DNA of 63,979 bases, filler included, from Octopus bimaculoides (GCF_001194135.2; 7 parts of 7 records of this genome joined end to end with filler, not necessarily neighbours in it), one strand, 5' to 3'. Positions 38,937 to 51,823 are shown, counted from the whole stretch's first letter. The notes: generated by a model from the sequence alone, not told the origin. A program made the numbers and translations.

Positions 38937-39409
38937 TATACATTATGCCGTCAGTTAGAAACTGCAGAAGTCCGACGATTATCATATCGTTGACACAGAA
39001 ACCTAATGTCATGAATGTAGGCCTCTCTTCTTGTATCATTCAATAAATATAGTCCTCTATTCTGAACGATGTTGAGCTCTACCTTATTCCTCGGGGTGGC
39101 GCCATTTGAAAGCTAAAACAATGCAACAGCGCATTGTGGCCAGCGATGTGTAACAACACTTGACAGTCTGGTCGGTCACGTGGTGACATGGCATGATATA
39201 TACATGTATATATATATATATATATGCGTGGGTGTGTGTGTGTGTGTGTGCATTTTTTAGTATGCATGTGTTTGTATGTATGTATGAGTATATGCAAGTA
39301 CGTGTATATCTATGCATGTATATGTACGTTTATGTTTCTCTGTGTGTGTATGTGTGTATGTGTGTGCGTGTATGTGTGTGTGTGTGTGTGTGTGTGAGTN
39401 NNNNNNNNN

Positions 39410-39458
<49 letters not shown>

Positions 39459-40177
39459 GAAATAAGCATTAAGGTATCGATTACACTTAAGCTACATGTG
39501 GTAGTATATTGTACTAGTGTTGGCGGGAATATATTTTACTGATACATGTGGCAGGAGACGGCAATTGCTCATGTTGTAACAGCTCACAGATTTGTAACAT
39601 GTGATAAAAGTCGGTGCTGGTGGCACATGTACTGCTAGACTGCTCTACTAGTACATGTGATATCATGCGTTGTTAATACATGTAGTAAAATACTGAAATA
39701 CTGTACTGCTGCTACATGTGGTAGGAGACACTCTCTTTTCTCCCACTGTCTTGTTCTCTTCCTTCCAGCCTCCGTCTATCCCCCTCCTCTTTCTCTCCCC
39801 TCTCTCTCTTCCTTTCTCCCAGTCACGTAGTCACTGACTGAAAAAATCTCATATTTTGCTCTCCTTCTATAGTTTACCAATGAGAATCAAATGAAAATGA
39901 AGCAGATAGTCTCCTTTAGATGTAACAGGGTGCTGCTACAAGCTGCAAGAAACTGTTGCTTAAGTTTTCCATCAGTTAACATATTGCAGCAGATTACGTA
40001 GTTTATATGTTACAACAGATTTTATTGTTTCAAACCGCAACAGAATGTGTTGTTAACATGTCGCAGCAGTATGTTGCAATAGTCTATGTTGCTGAATATT
40101 GCAAAAGACAGATGTTAACATGTTACAACAGCAAGTGTTGCAATACATATTATTGATAACATGAATATAAAGTGCAA

Positions 40178-40225
<48 letters not shown>

Positions 40226-40334
40226 TGTATGTATTCGTGTGAAGTCATGTTTCACATGTTCGAGTCTTTTAAGACATGGTGAAACCTTTCGCTTCAGGAA
40301 TAGACGCTGGAGAAAATTCTCACACATAAATTCT

Positions 40335-40367
<33 letters not shown>

Positions 40368-40529
40368 CGATAAATAACATACACTCGTATGTAGTTTTTG
40401 AGGTATAATAGGTGAGGGTGAGGGTTAATGAGTGCACAGTGGTGAGATATTTAAATTGTTGTCAATCAAAAACTTATGCCTGATTGTTCTGTCAGAAATG
40501 TGGACACAGATACGTGTGTATCGATACAT

Positions 40530-40753
40530 CTTTACTTGCCTAAGTCATTACACTGCGGCCATGCTGGGGCACCACCTTGAAGAATTTTAATCCAATGAAA
40601 TCAACCCGAGTACTCCATTTATTTTTAAAGAAAAAGTCTGGTATTTATTCTACCGATCAGCTTGCCGATCCGCTAAGTTACCAGGACATCAGCACCGGTT
40701 ACCAACCGTGGTGGAGGACAAGGACAGTCACAAAGGCACATACATACACATAC

Positions 40754-40832
<79 letters not shown>

Positions 40833-41000
40833 TGTATACAACGGGTTTCTTTCAGTTTCCGTCCACTAAATCCACTCACAAAGCTTTGGTCGACCAGAGG
40901 CTATAGAAGAGGATATTTGCCCAAGGTGTCACACAGAGGGACTGAACCCGGAACCATGTGGTTGTGAAGCAAACTGCTTAATCACACAGCTAATACTGTA
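40530..41000 (-). mobile_element. Full-length family-B SINE
   Basis: Same organisation as 37670-38140. Confidence 0.85.
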
Positions 41001-41489
41001 CGTAGAGAGAAAGTTACCTATATACATGCTTGTACGCAGAAACCTCTATACATGTGTGAAGCCCCTACACATGTATAGAAAGGCCTATGAACATGTATAG
41101 TGAACGTTAAGTATGATCCATGAATGGCTATTTTAAATTAATGCTGCTTCAGTACCCCGAAGTTTTATTCAACTCGGCATCTACTCACAATATCATTGAA
41201 TGATTCCTATCTACTGACAGCAACGAATCGCATCTAAGCATGGGGCAGTTAGTCCACGTTGTTGACAAGGCCCAAGAAGCCAGAAATGTATGTATGGCGC
41301 GTTCGCTCGCGAGCCACTGTAAGTACAATGTTTCGTCTGCCTCAGTCGTATATTGGTTTTAACACAGCACATGTATATGAGATTTTATTTCGAGCGAAAA
41401 CCGTAGTATCTTGCCTGACAATGGTATATACATTAAGTTTGAGAAAGATTGGTATTTTAATATAATATAGCTTCAATTGCGCACACCGG

Positions 41490-41559
<70 letters not shown>

Positions 41560-42274
41560 NNNNNNNNNNNNNNNNNNNNNNNNNNNNNNNNNNNNNNNNN
41601 NNNTTAATTAATTAANNNNNNNNNNNNNNNNNNNNNNNNNNNNNNNNNNNNNNNNNNNNTATACATATGTATATATATATATATATTATTATTATTACTA
41701 TTGGATAATAAAATGAATGGTTTAGACTTGGTAGCTTACTGGTAAAGTAATCATTATGCTCCTCAACCAGTTGCTGAATGTCCCACCCATGAGGGATTGA
41801 TGCTAGATGTTTCAAAACAATTGGCATGATTAATAATGAATTCTCGTATATTCCATCTTCTGTCTTTCATTTGCCATATATATATATATATATATAAAGA
41901 ACTTTTCTTTTCTTTTTTTTCTATTCCTCTTCCCTTTTTTCTCCCTTTCTATTTTTCTTCCTTTTTTTCCTCTATTTCAATCCCTTAAATAAATTCATCA
42001 ATTTAGCATCATGTATATTTACTTTGAAATAGCATCCTCTATCTTCTTCTCTCAGCTGTAACCAAGATGGAAGAGTCAATATGTATTATGTTCTATTTAT
42101 GTGATAAATCCTAAATGTTAAATTTTACTCTTACTCCACCTGAAGAAAATGGTTTTTATATGATATAATAGTTTTGTTCATCAATAAAGAACATATCTGA
42201 AACAGCTGTAGTGAATCTCAACCCATTTGTATTATTGTTTATACATCCATACATATATATATAAATATATTCCT

Positions 42275-42615
42275 TTATTCTTTTATTTGTTTCAGTCATT
42301 TGATTGCAGTCATGCTGGAGCATTGCCTTGAAGAGGTTGTAGTCAAACAAATCAACCCAGGACTTATTTCTGAAGCCTAGTACTTATTCTATCAGACTCT
42401 TTTGCCAAACTGCCAAGTTACGGGGATATAATCACACCAACATATATATATATATATATACAATAGGCTTCTTTCAGTTTCTGTCTGCCAAATCCAGTCA
42501 CAGGGCTTTGGTTGTCCCGAGGCTATAGTAGAAGACATTTGCCCAAGGTGCTATGCAGTAGGACTGAACCCAGAGTTATGTGATTGGGAAGCAAACTTCT
42601 TACCACACAGTCACA
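42275..42615 (-). mobile_element. Family-B SINE
   Basis: GTTTCAGTCATTTGATTGCAGTCATGCTGGAGC...GGCTATAGTAGAAGACATTTGCCCAAGGTGC...AAACTTCTTACCACACAG. Confidence 0.85.
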
Positions 42616-42742
42616 TACAAACACGCATGGGGAAATATTACTTTACATGGAAATAGATAAGGGCTGACAACAGGAAAGATATTAGGTTAAAACAACAACA
42701 GCAACAACAACAACAATAATAATGATGATGATGATGATGATG

Positions 42743-42789
<47 letters not shown>

Positions 42790-42793
<4 letters not shown>

Positions 42794-44925
42794 GTTTCAT
42801 ATTTTGGCACAAGGCTAGCAATTTCAGATTACACTGACCCGTGTTCAACTGGTACTTATTTTATTAGCCCACATAAGGATGAAAGACAAAACTGCCCTCA
42901 GTGGAATTTGAACTCAGAACGTGAAGACAGACAAAATGCCTCTAAGCATTTTGCCCAGCATGCTAATGATTCTGCGAGCTCACTGCTTTATTGATGATGA
43001 ATGAATGAATGAATGAATGACTGAATGACTGAATGACTGAATGAATGAATGAATGAATGAATGAATGAAAATAATGACAATAACGACAAAAGCAACACTG
43101 ATGGAAAGGATTGGCTGATATCCAGTATTTGACTGATACTTTATTTAATCAACTCTGGAAGGACAAAAAAAAAAAAAGACAGTATTAACCTTGGCAGTAA
43201 TTTGAACTCAGAATGTAAAGAGTCTAAAGAAACAATGCAAACATTTATTGCTTCACTCTAATGATTCTGCCATCTCCACCTTATCATGATTCATTGAAAT
43301 ATATTTTCTATGACTGGATGCCTTTCCTGTTGCCAAGTCTCATCTAATTTCAAAGTAAAGTAATATTTCCCCATGGCTGGACATGATTTCACAGGAAGCA
43401 CAGAGCCACCAACTATTTTGACGAGAGGTGATTTGTCAATAATGTCAACACCAGTACATGATTAAAACTTTATTGTATCAAATATATATTATCAATAGTG
43501 GCAGTATCAATATCAAGAGGTAATATTTATCCCCACTTAAACTTGGATGATCTTTTAGAACAATCTACACTGCAGTAGTTACTGTGAGAGAAACTTCCAC
43601 ATTGGCTTTTGGTGCAGAATGCACTTTTGTTTATATTGCTAGCTAGGAGATAAATCCCTGCTCTCTCCAGCGCTGAGAACACCAGATCACAATATTCCGA
43701 CTTTGGTATTGTCAATGATGAATGCTTAACTACTAGAAAAAGCAGTGACACATCTCCCTGCCAGGAATCTGTAGAAAAAAACAATGCCAGAAGAGGCGCT
43801 GGTGTCACTATTAGCCAGTGAGCTTGTTTAGATAGACATATTAATGACAGGGGTAGTATTAATATCAAAAGGTAATATTTATTCCCACTTACATGTGGAT
43901 GTTCTTTTAGAACAAACTATACTGTAGTAGATACCATGAGAGAAATTCTCATATTAGCTTTTGGTGCAAAATGCACTCTTGTTTATATCGCGAGTGGGGA
44001 GATAAATCCATGCCATATCCAGCACTGAAACTATCACTTGATTTTGACTTTCTTTGGTCTCATCAGTGATGGATACTCAACTGCTAGAGATAGCGGCAGT
44101 TTATCTCCCTGCTAGCAATATATAGGAAAAGTGCCAGAACAGGTGCCAGTGTTGTGATTAGCCAATTGCTAATCACAATTGCTAATACACAGCTTGTATT
44201 GATCCCCAAGAAAAGCAAATTTGTCCTTGGTCCTTGGCAGGATTTGATCTCAGTATATGAAGAGCCTGAATGAATGCCACAAGATATTTGTTTTTTCTAC
44301 ATTTCTAATGATTCTGCTAATCTACCAATAATAATCTTTTTCTAATATAGACACAAGACCCTAGTGCTCAAGCCCCCAAAAAGACAAAAGGTGATGTCAA
44401 CCACAATGGAATTTGATTGACAAAATGTCGTTATGCATTTCGTTTGGCATGCTAATGATTCGCCACCTTACAATGTACCAATAAATAATCTTTTCTACTA
44501 AAAGCACAAGGCCTGAAATTTGGGGGATGAGACTAGTCAATTACATCAAGGCCAGCAACTTCAGGGGAGAGGGCGAGCCAATTACATCATTTCCATTACT
44601 CAATTGGTACTTAATTTATTGACCCCAAAAGGATGAAAGGCAAAGTCAACCTTGGCAGAATTTGAACTCAGAACATAAAAATGAACGAAACACCACTAAG
44701 TATTTTGCTCAGCTTGCCACCTTAAATAATAATAATTCTTTCTACTGTAGGCACAAGGCCTGAAATTTTGGGGGGATGGGACTAGTCACTTAGATTAACC
44801 CTAGTGTTTCATTGGTACTTAATTTATTGACCCCCAAAAGGATGAAAGGCAAAGTCAACCTTGGCAGAATTTGAACTCAGAACATAAAGATGGACGAAAT
44901 GCCATAAAGCATTTTGCCCACCTTA
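42790..44925 (-). mobile_element. Cluster of about six co-oriented family-A SINE copies (surrounds the 352-bp tandem)
   Basis: AATTTGA(A/T)CTCAG-bearing copies at ~42793, 43095, 44190, 44340, 44488 and 44735, all on the minus strand. Confidence 0.7.
43498..44165 (-). repeat. ~352-bp tandem duplication, each unit with a decayed type I hammerhead in a long stem (retrozyme-like)
   Basis: Period 352 (43501/43853 and 43629/43981). HHR motifs at 43680-43720 and 44031-44070 on the minus strand, flanked by ~50-nt imperfect inverted arms. Confidence 0.65.
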
Positions 44926-46257
44926 CAATCTACAAATAAATAATAATAAACAGTTTTGTTAAAAAGTCTTTGTTTCATTATTATTTTTTTTTTTTTTTGT
45001 CATCATAAAGAAAAAAACTCTTTAAATGAGGCGTATAGTCATCTTTAGGTGTATCATCTTACTGAATGAAAACATAAACCATCACATGTGTGGGACCATC
45101 CTCATTTCAAAAGAATCCAAAGCAGAAATCTAAGTAGAATATATAATCCCTTTTACATTGTTCTTTGTTGTTTTGTAGGTTTTTTCGTTTGTTTGTTTTT
45201 TTTAATCATTTTTTTAGTTGTTGTTTTTTTTTGTTTTTTTTTCAGAAATGATATTGCTGTTGTTATCGTTGTCATCATATTTGCTTGATAAACCCACCCA
45301 CCAACCTCCTTCACACATTACCCCCATTCAAATCTGGTCAAACTGCTGCTGTGACCCACAAGAAGCCAATCAAATAGCTCTGTTGACCCACAAACCTAAC
45401 ACACCTGATATGGCATGAAGAATGTTTACCGTTTCTTCTTAAATGTCACTGCTGGCTATTTTTTTTTTGCTTTTGTTTTAGTTTTATTGCTTTGTTTTCT
45501 GGAAGGATTTTTTTTTTTTTTTGCCTTTTTCTTTTCTGTCTTTTTGTTTGTCTGAAAGGAGGAAATGTTGATATTAACAGGGTTCAATACACAACCACAC
45601 ACATTTGCATATAGGTAGGGTGTGTGTATGTGTGTGTGCATGAATACATCATGCTGTTGTTGATGATGACAAACATACACACACACACACACACATGTAT
45701 ATAATAATTTTAATGTGATCAACGGAAGAAAAAGAAATAAATAAAAAACATACTTCAGTTTTCTGACTAACAAATATAATTGTTATTTCTATAATTCTGA
45801 AACATAAAATTACTTTTAAATTATCTTCAAATCCCACCTCTCTTTCACATTCTTTTCTCCCTCCCCCTCCCCCCTCTCTCTCTCTCTTATTAATTGTGTA
45901 AAAAATTGTTTATTTAGGGAACATTTTTATTCATTATCAAAAGCAGTTGACTTTAGCAAAAATATATAAAAAAGAAAGAAATATTTCCCACTTTACTCCA
46001 ATACTGTTTCAATTTCATAACATCCCCCTCCTCCTCGTTATTTTCACTGATTATGACTTCTGCAAGATGCTATTTAAACTTATTTCATGGTAGTAATATT
46101 TCTAATGAAATATGCTGTCCACATGTTTCAGTAAATTTTGAAAATAATCAAAGATTTGAAAGGATTTAGTAAAATAACTTTTCTTTTTCTCAGAGTCATT
46201 TCCAAACTCCGAGTTAGGTACATAATCTTTATGACACCAAAATAGTTCTCGTATATA

Positions 46258-46420
46258 AGCAAAGGCATGGCTATGTGGTTAAGAAGTTTACTTTGCAACC
46301 ACCTGGTTTCAGGTTCAGTCCCACTGCATGGCACTTTGGACAAGTGTCTTGTACTATAGCTGCAGGTCAACTAGTGTCCAATGAGTGAGTTTCCGAAATG
46401 GAAACTATATGGAAAGCCAT

Positions 46421-46485
<65 letters not shown>

Positions 46486-46568
46486 TGTTGGCACTCCGTC
46501 GCTTACAACGTCGAGGGTTCCAGTTGATCCAGTCAACGGAACAGCCCGCTCGTGAAATTAACGTGCAA
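46258..46568 (+). mobile_element. Family-B SINE head joined to a different SINE segment
   Basis: GGCATGGCTATGTGGTTAAGAAG..GGTTCAGTCCCACTGC.., a microsatellite, then TGTTGGCACTCCGTCGCTTAC..GAAATTAACGTGCAA; cut by a gap. Confidence 0.7.
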
Positions 46569-46843
46569 NNNNNNNNNNNNNNNNNNNNNNNNNNNNNNNN
46601 NNNNNNNNNNNNNNNNNNNNNNNNNNNNNNNNNNNNNNNNNNNNNNNNNNNNNNNNNNNNNNNNNNNNNNNNNNNNNNNNNNNNNNNNNNNNNNNNNNNN
46701 NNNNNNNNNNNNNNNNNNNNNNNNNNNNNNNNNNNNNNNNNNNNNNNNNNNNNNNNNNNNNNNNNNNNNNNNNNNNNNNATATATATATATATATAAATT
46801 TAGTAAATGGAGTAAAACGCATATATTAACTGAATACTTTTAT

Positions 46844-46946
46844 TTCCAACATATGTTTCGAAGATTACAAATTATACCTTCCATAGGAATAGGTGATGTT
46901 GATAAGAATGTAATCTTCTCATACATATATACATATACTCAGGTAT
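46844..46946 (-). ncRNA. Disrupted hammerhead, paralog of 35797-35880
   Basis: Perfect 10-bp helix II GAAGAUUACA/UGUAAUCUUC, then GAAA-CAUAUG-UU-GGAA; the core is split as CUG+[17-nt TA-rich insert 46923-46939]+AUGA. Confidence 0.55.
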
Positions 46947-46959
46947 GCTTTGACCATCC

Positions 46960-47700
46960 AATTGAAAGTACCTGGAAGGCCCTCCATAATCATTTTAAGA
47001 ATTATGATCTATCTCATTTGAAAACAGCAGTAAAACAGCTAACTTCTTAGATGTGACTTAAATGCAAACTAAGGTTTACTCTTACCATAAGTCAAATGAA
47101 TCATTACAATATATCATTAATCCATCTAATTTCCATAGATTTGCCCTTAATAGCATTATCACTGGTGCCTCAAACTCTAACCTATCAGCTAAAGAGGATA
47201 TCTTTAATAATCATACACTGTATGATACCCATGGCTCTCCAGAATAATGGCTTCTGTGAGAGGCTCTCATATATTCCCAATACAACACTAAAAGCAAATC
47301 TTGAATTCTTCTTTCCTAGTATGGAATCTAAGCCCTCCAGGCTTGACTCAACCTATCTACATCTCATCATACAGCAACCAAATTCCCCTGTGGCCTGTAC
47401 TCACCTGGTATTCCAGTCAACTCAGAGGTTGAATAACCTCCAACTTACTCTGGTTAGCCTGCCCATCACTATGCCAGGTTCTAAGCCCTCCAAGGGCAGA
47501 AAGTGGGAGATGTTATAGTTTGCACCATCATTCTCTCCCCAATTTAAATCTTTACCCAAGCTATTTTTCAAAATCCTATGCTCTAATTTCCCACCATGCC
47601 ATGATCATTACCCATCTTCAATAAACCTCTGCTTAAAATCACATACTCTGCAACACCAAACTTGGGATCTATAATTGCTTCTTCTAATAGGCACAAATGT
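46960..47700 (+). mobile_element. Penelope-like RT/thumb remnant
   Basis: ANFLDVT, KSNESLQYI..SN, NLSAKEDIFN, ALQNNGFCERLSYIP, FP..H..FNKPLLKITYSATPNLGSIIASSN match PLE RT C-terminal motifs; multiple stops and frameshifts. Confidence 0.7.
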
Positions 47701-48080
47701 AGCCACCTTACTGTGGGCTTAGTTTCACTGCAGAGCACCTTGGGCTAGTATCTTCTACCACAGAGCCAAGTTGGTCAATGTTTTGAGAGTTAATTTTGTA
47801 GATGGAAACTGTGGAAACTCATTGAATATACATATATGCAAGAGCTTGTATCTATGTGTTTTGTGTTGTGTTTGTTACCACCACCACCACCATCTTGAAT
47901 AATAAATAATGGTGTTGGCTTGCTTACATCCTCATAACTTAGTGTTTTGGCAAAAGAGACCGATAGAATATGCACCAGACTTAAAGAAGAGGTACTGGTT
48001 GAGATCTGTTCCACTAAAACCCTTCAAGGCTGTGCTCCAGAATAGCCACAGTCCAATGAATGAAACAAGTAAAAGATAAA
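47700..48080 (+). mobile_element. Family-B SINE, degenerate
   Basis: GCACCTTGGGCTAGTATCTTCTAC..GTAGATGGAAACTG..GGCAAAAGAGACCGATAGAAT..GAAACAAGTAAAAGATAAA. Confidence 0.75.
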
Positions 48081-49927
48081 TGATGCAAAATTATGATGGA
48101 ATGTTTTTATTTACTGTGGGTTTCATATATTTTTTGAGTTTTTTTTTTTTTTTTTTTTGGTATCTCAAAACCAAAGTTAATATCAAGGGATGACACCAAA
48201 AAGAGTTAATGATGACTATGTTGATTTTACCAGAACAAAACTCTTACAAGTACTGAAGTTTATAAAATTTCTTGGACAGACCAAAAAAAGGACATAATTA
48301 ATCAGCATGGTTTCTTTCATGTGTTTTTCCTTCAAATTAAAACCATTGATTCCAGCAGTTACATTAACTTAAAGTCTTTCAGGAAGTTTTCAATTTCTGT
48401 GTCNNNNNNNNNNNNNNNNNNNNNNNNNNNNNNNNNNNNNNNNNNNNTTAATTAATTAANNNNNNNNNNNNNNNNNNNNNNNNNNNNNNNNNNNNNNNNN
48501 NNNTATATATGATGATTCTTTAATTTCCTTTCTTTAAAAGCTAAGGATATTTCAAAATGACTGTTTGTGCATGTTGTTTGTGTATGCTTGCATGCACAGG
48601 TCTTTTTTTTTTTTTACCATCTGATGGAGTTTCATACATAACGATTTTACAAAATCATGTTTTCTCATGTTTTCCATCTCATCTAAATATCCTCGTATTT
48701 TTTTTTTTATATATATATATATTTTATTTTGTTATCAGAATGAAAGTTCCATTTAGAATTTCTTTACGCAGGTAGATTTCTCCCTGTTACTTTGGGAAAT
48801 ATCTCTCATGTTTTTTTCATTGCATATTGTACTCACACACATCTCAAACTACTTACACTATCTTATATACATATGCTAAAGGCGGTTTTCTTGGGCTGCT
48901 TTTGCTTTTGCCATACTGACTAAAACAAAGAAAGAACATCCACATACACAAATACTCTTTGAATTGCATATACACAATGACTTTTGCAAATACTCAAGTA
49001 TTTTTGATTTTTTTTTTTTTTTTGCTTTACATTTCCATCCTACATACAAAATACCGATCTGGTCTCTCTATCCGATAATGTTCATCTCTACAGATTTTCC
49101 ATAGAATTTGAAGCAAGCTCTGAAAGCTTTGACATCTCATATACAAGTATGTCTATATAAACAATGCAATCAAAGCAATGTATTTGAGGATAGTTAATGG
49201 GTTGGATGTGATACTGAGGATGGAGCAATAATTCCTGAAATATGTATATACACTTCATTTCTTATTTCTTCATCTTCAATCACATTACTTACATAGATGT
49301 ACTTATGTACAAACTGTAACTTTCAGTGCAGACTTTAAATTCTGTCGAAAATCTTAAGAGATAAACTTAAAAATTGAAACAACATAAGTGTAGGACACAG
49401 TATTGAGTTATAAACTTTTAATATACCTGGTAGTATATTATAGATGCAAAATGAAACACTGTGTCCCTGCCAGCAATTAATATCAATAATGTTTCTCATT
49501 TTCCCCATTTAATTCACACAGGTACAAGAATATAAATATATATACAAATAAAATAGATTTTTTTTTTTCACAAGTCTAAGTAAATGTTATTGTTTACCTC
49601 CCTGTAATGAAATACCTGTAAATTCCAATTCTACATACATTAATTAACAGGTAATACTTCCCTTATTTTTCATTTGTATCCGTTTTTTTTTTTCTGTTTT
49701 GTTTTTCATGGTTATAATGGTGTTTTTAATGCACTGTTACGACTGAGAAAGTGGTTGGATGGGAAGAAAGTTTAAAAGATGCTGGTTCTCATGAGTTTAG
49801 GCACAAACCCAAATTATGTATGAACGCCCCAAAAGTTATCTAATTTAATTTTCCTCTTTTCTGTTACTTTACTGTCTTGAACTTGTTCTTCCAGTCTGTT
49901 TCATTTCACACCTATACAAATTTTGGA

Positions 49928-49996
<69 letters not shown>

Positions 49997-51728
49997 GTGT
50001 GTGTATATATATATATATAGCCTACTTTTAAGTTCTCACTATTGTTTAGTCTACTCAGTTTCTATTGTACTAAATACTGGGAAGGTACATACAATATTTT
50101 GTACTGAATGTTAAATGTACAAATATATTAATTAGCCTATTAACTGAAGCATTCTTAATTGGTGCTTTGTTTCTTGTTTTAAATATTTCGTAGCCTTTCA
50201 CATGACTGGTTTATTTCAATTATAATTCTAGTTACGGTGCTTTTTACTCAAAGTTTCCAATATCTTATATGGTATTCTTCGTTCCACTATTCATTTTCCA
50301 TTTTATTTTATTTTAAAACCAGTTTCTGGTCTTTAGTAACGAACTTGGAGAGTATTTGTTAAAACTGGCTTGATGAATCTTTTTTTTTTTTATTCCCTAA
50401 ATTAAATTCTAGGGTAAATGTCAAGTGTTAGTCTATGTAAAAGAAAGGGGTGGTGGTGGTTAAAGAAGGTAGCTGGTGGAAATGAAAATGAGGGTGCTGA
50501 AATGTTGAATGTATACATGGGGTAGGGGAAGGGCAGTGCAAGTTGGTGGGGGAATCTTTCAACATTTAAACTTGTTGATAATTAGTTACCCAGATCATCA
50601 TAGAGTTATGATATTTGTTGTCTCTTTAAGTTCCCTAACCCAACACATACACACACATATGCACACATACACACACATACATACACATATGCATGCGTGA
50701 AAATATTCTCCCATACTTGTGAATAAATGACATACACCTTTTTTTTTTTATTGTTAGTAGAGTTACAGGTACCTCTTCATAGGCAGTGACCCTTATTGAC
50801 TTTTCTCTGGGTCTCCCTAAGGACTTCCAAGATTTGAAGAGGAAGAAGAAGAAAAGAGAAAATATAAAAAGAAAAAGCAAACAAAAATTTTTTTTTTTTT
50901 TTTTGTCAGTCTGAATAATGCTGATAAAGATGACAAAAACCCTGTAATATAAGGAGGGTGGGGGCAGTGAAAAAAAACCTAATACAAGTCTGTGAGTTCT
51001 GAGTACTGCAAGAGAATAAATAACCTTGAAGGATCTATATTGATTTGCTAGATGCATTGTAAGAATGGATCAGAATATGCTGTGCTTCAGAACATAGGTG
51101 GATGGAGATTTGTAGGAAATCGACGAAAAATTTTACATCATGGAAGAAAGATTCTTAAATAAATTTGAAGTTATTCAATATTGATTATGTGTGTGTGTGT
51201 GTGTGTGTGTGTGTTGGTTTTGTTTTGATGAATATTATTAGCGTTTGTGTGAAGTGTGAACATGGTTATAGCTGAATGCTTAAGATGTTTGCTTTGCAAC
51301 CACGAGGTCCTGACAGTGCCATCAGGCTTGAGAGCCTGACCTGTTCTGACCTTACACTCATTCTAGGTCAAAATAGATCTAGGAGTAAGGGTAACTAAAG
51401 GATTATCCCACACCTCATCACAACTCCAGATCTGGAGCCTCTCCACCAGAAGCAGTTTAATATCATAACCAAGAAGAAGGCTTGTTCTCAAAGGTTTGGT
51501 CGTTTTTGATTTTGAACTTTCTTCGACTACAGAGGAAGAATATTGCCAGAGCTTTGGACTTACTAATCAAACAGGAGAACAAATGTAATTATATGGTCTA
51601 CATGGACTGGTTGATCTAGTTAGTCACGTTTGGATTACCACAGAGTGCTTGAAAAGTATGTTTGGATTCTAAAATCAATATTCTCTTGTGTTATATATGT
51701 ATGTGGCTATATATATATATATATATAT

Positions 51729-51823
51729 GCTGTTACTCAGAGTTTCATGTTCCCGTTCATCGGACAGTTTTTCATCTAACAAAACTGTCTAATGAATGGG
51801 AACGTGAAACTCTGAGTAACAGC
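51729..51823 (+). ncRNA. Candidate pre-miRNA / hairpin RNA (43-bp stem, 9-nt loop)
   Basis: 51729-51771 pairs with 51781-51823: 39 Watson-Crick, 3 G-U, 1 C-A; no other copy seen in the window. Confidence 0.5.

Noticed and set aside
41046-41078. Perfect 12-bp hairpin CTATACATGTGT/ACACATGTATAG
   Set aside because: Short, built from low-complexity TACATG motifs next to a SINE; too small for a miRNA precursor.
41221-41318. Open 98-nt AG...GTAAGT segment (NESHLSMGQLVHVVDKAQEARNV...)
   Set aside because: No family match recognised and the phase does not suit an LRR array; needs RNA evidence.
45248-45418. Short ORF MILLLLSLSSYLL... after a long T tract ending in CAG
   Set aside because: The hydrophobic start derives from (TTG/GTT) low complexity; no homology or donor site.
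49208-49250. CTGAGGA...GAAA hammerhead-like spacing
   Set aside because: Helix II closes U-U with only 3 bp, helix I is 3 AU pairs, and the context is low complexity; consistent with chance.
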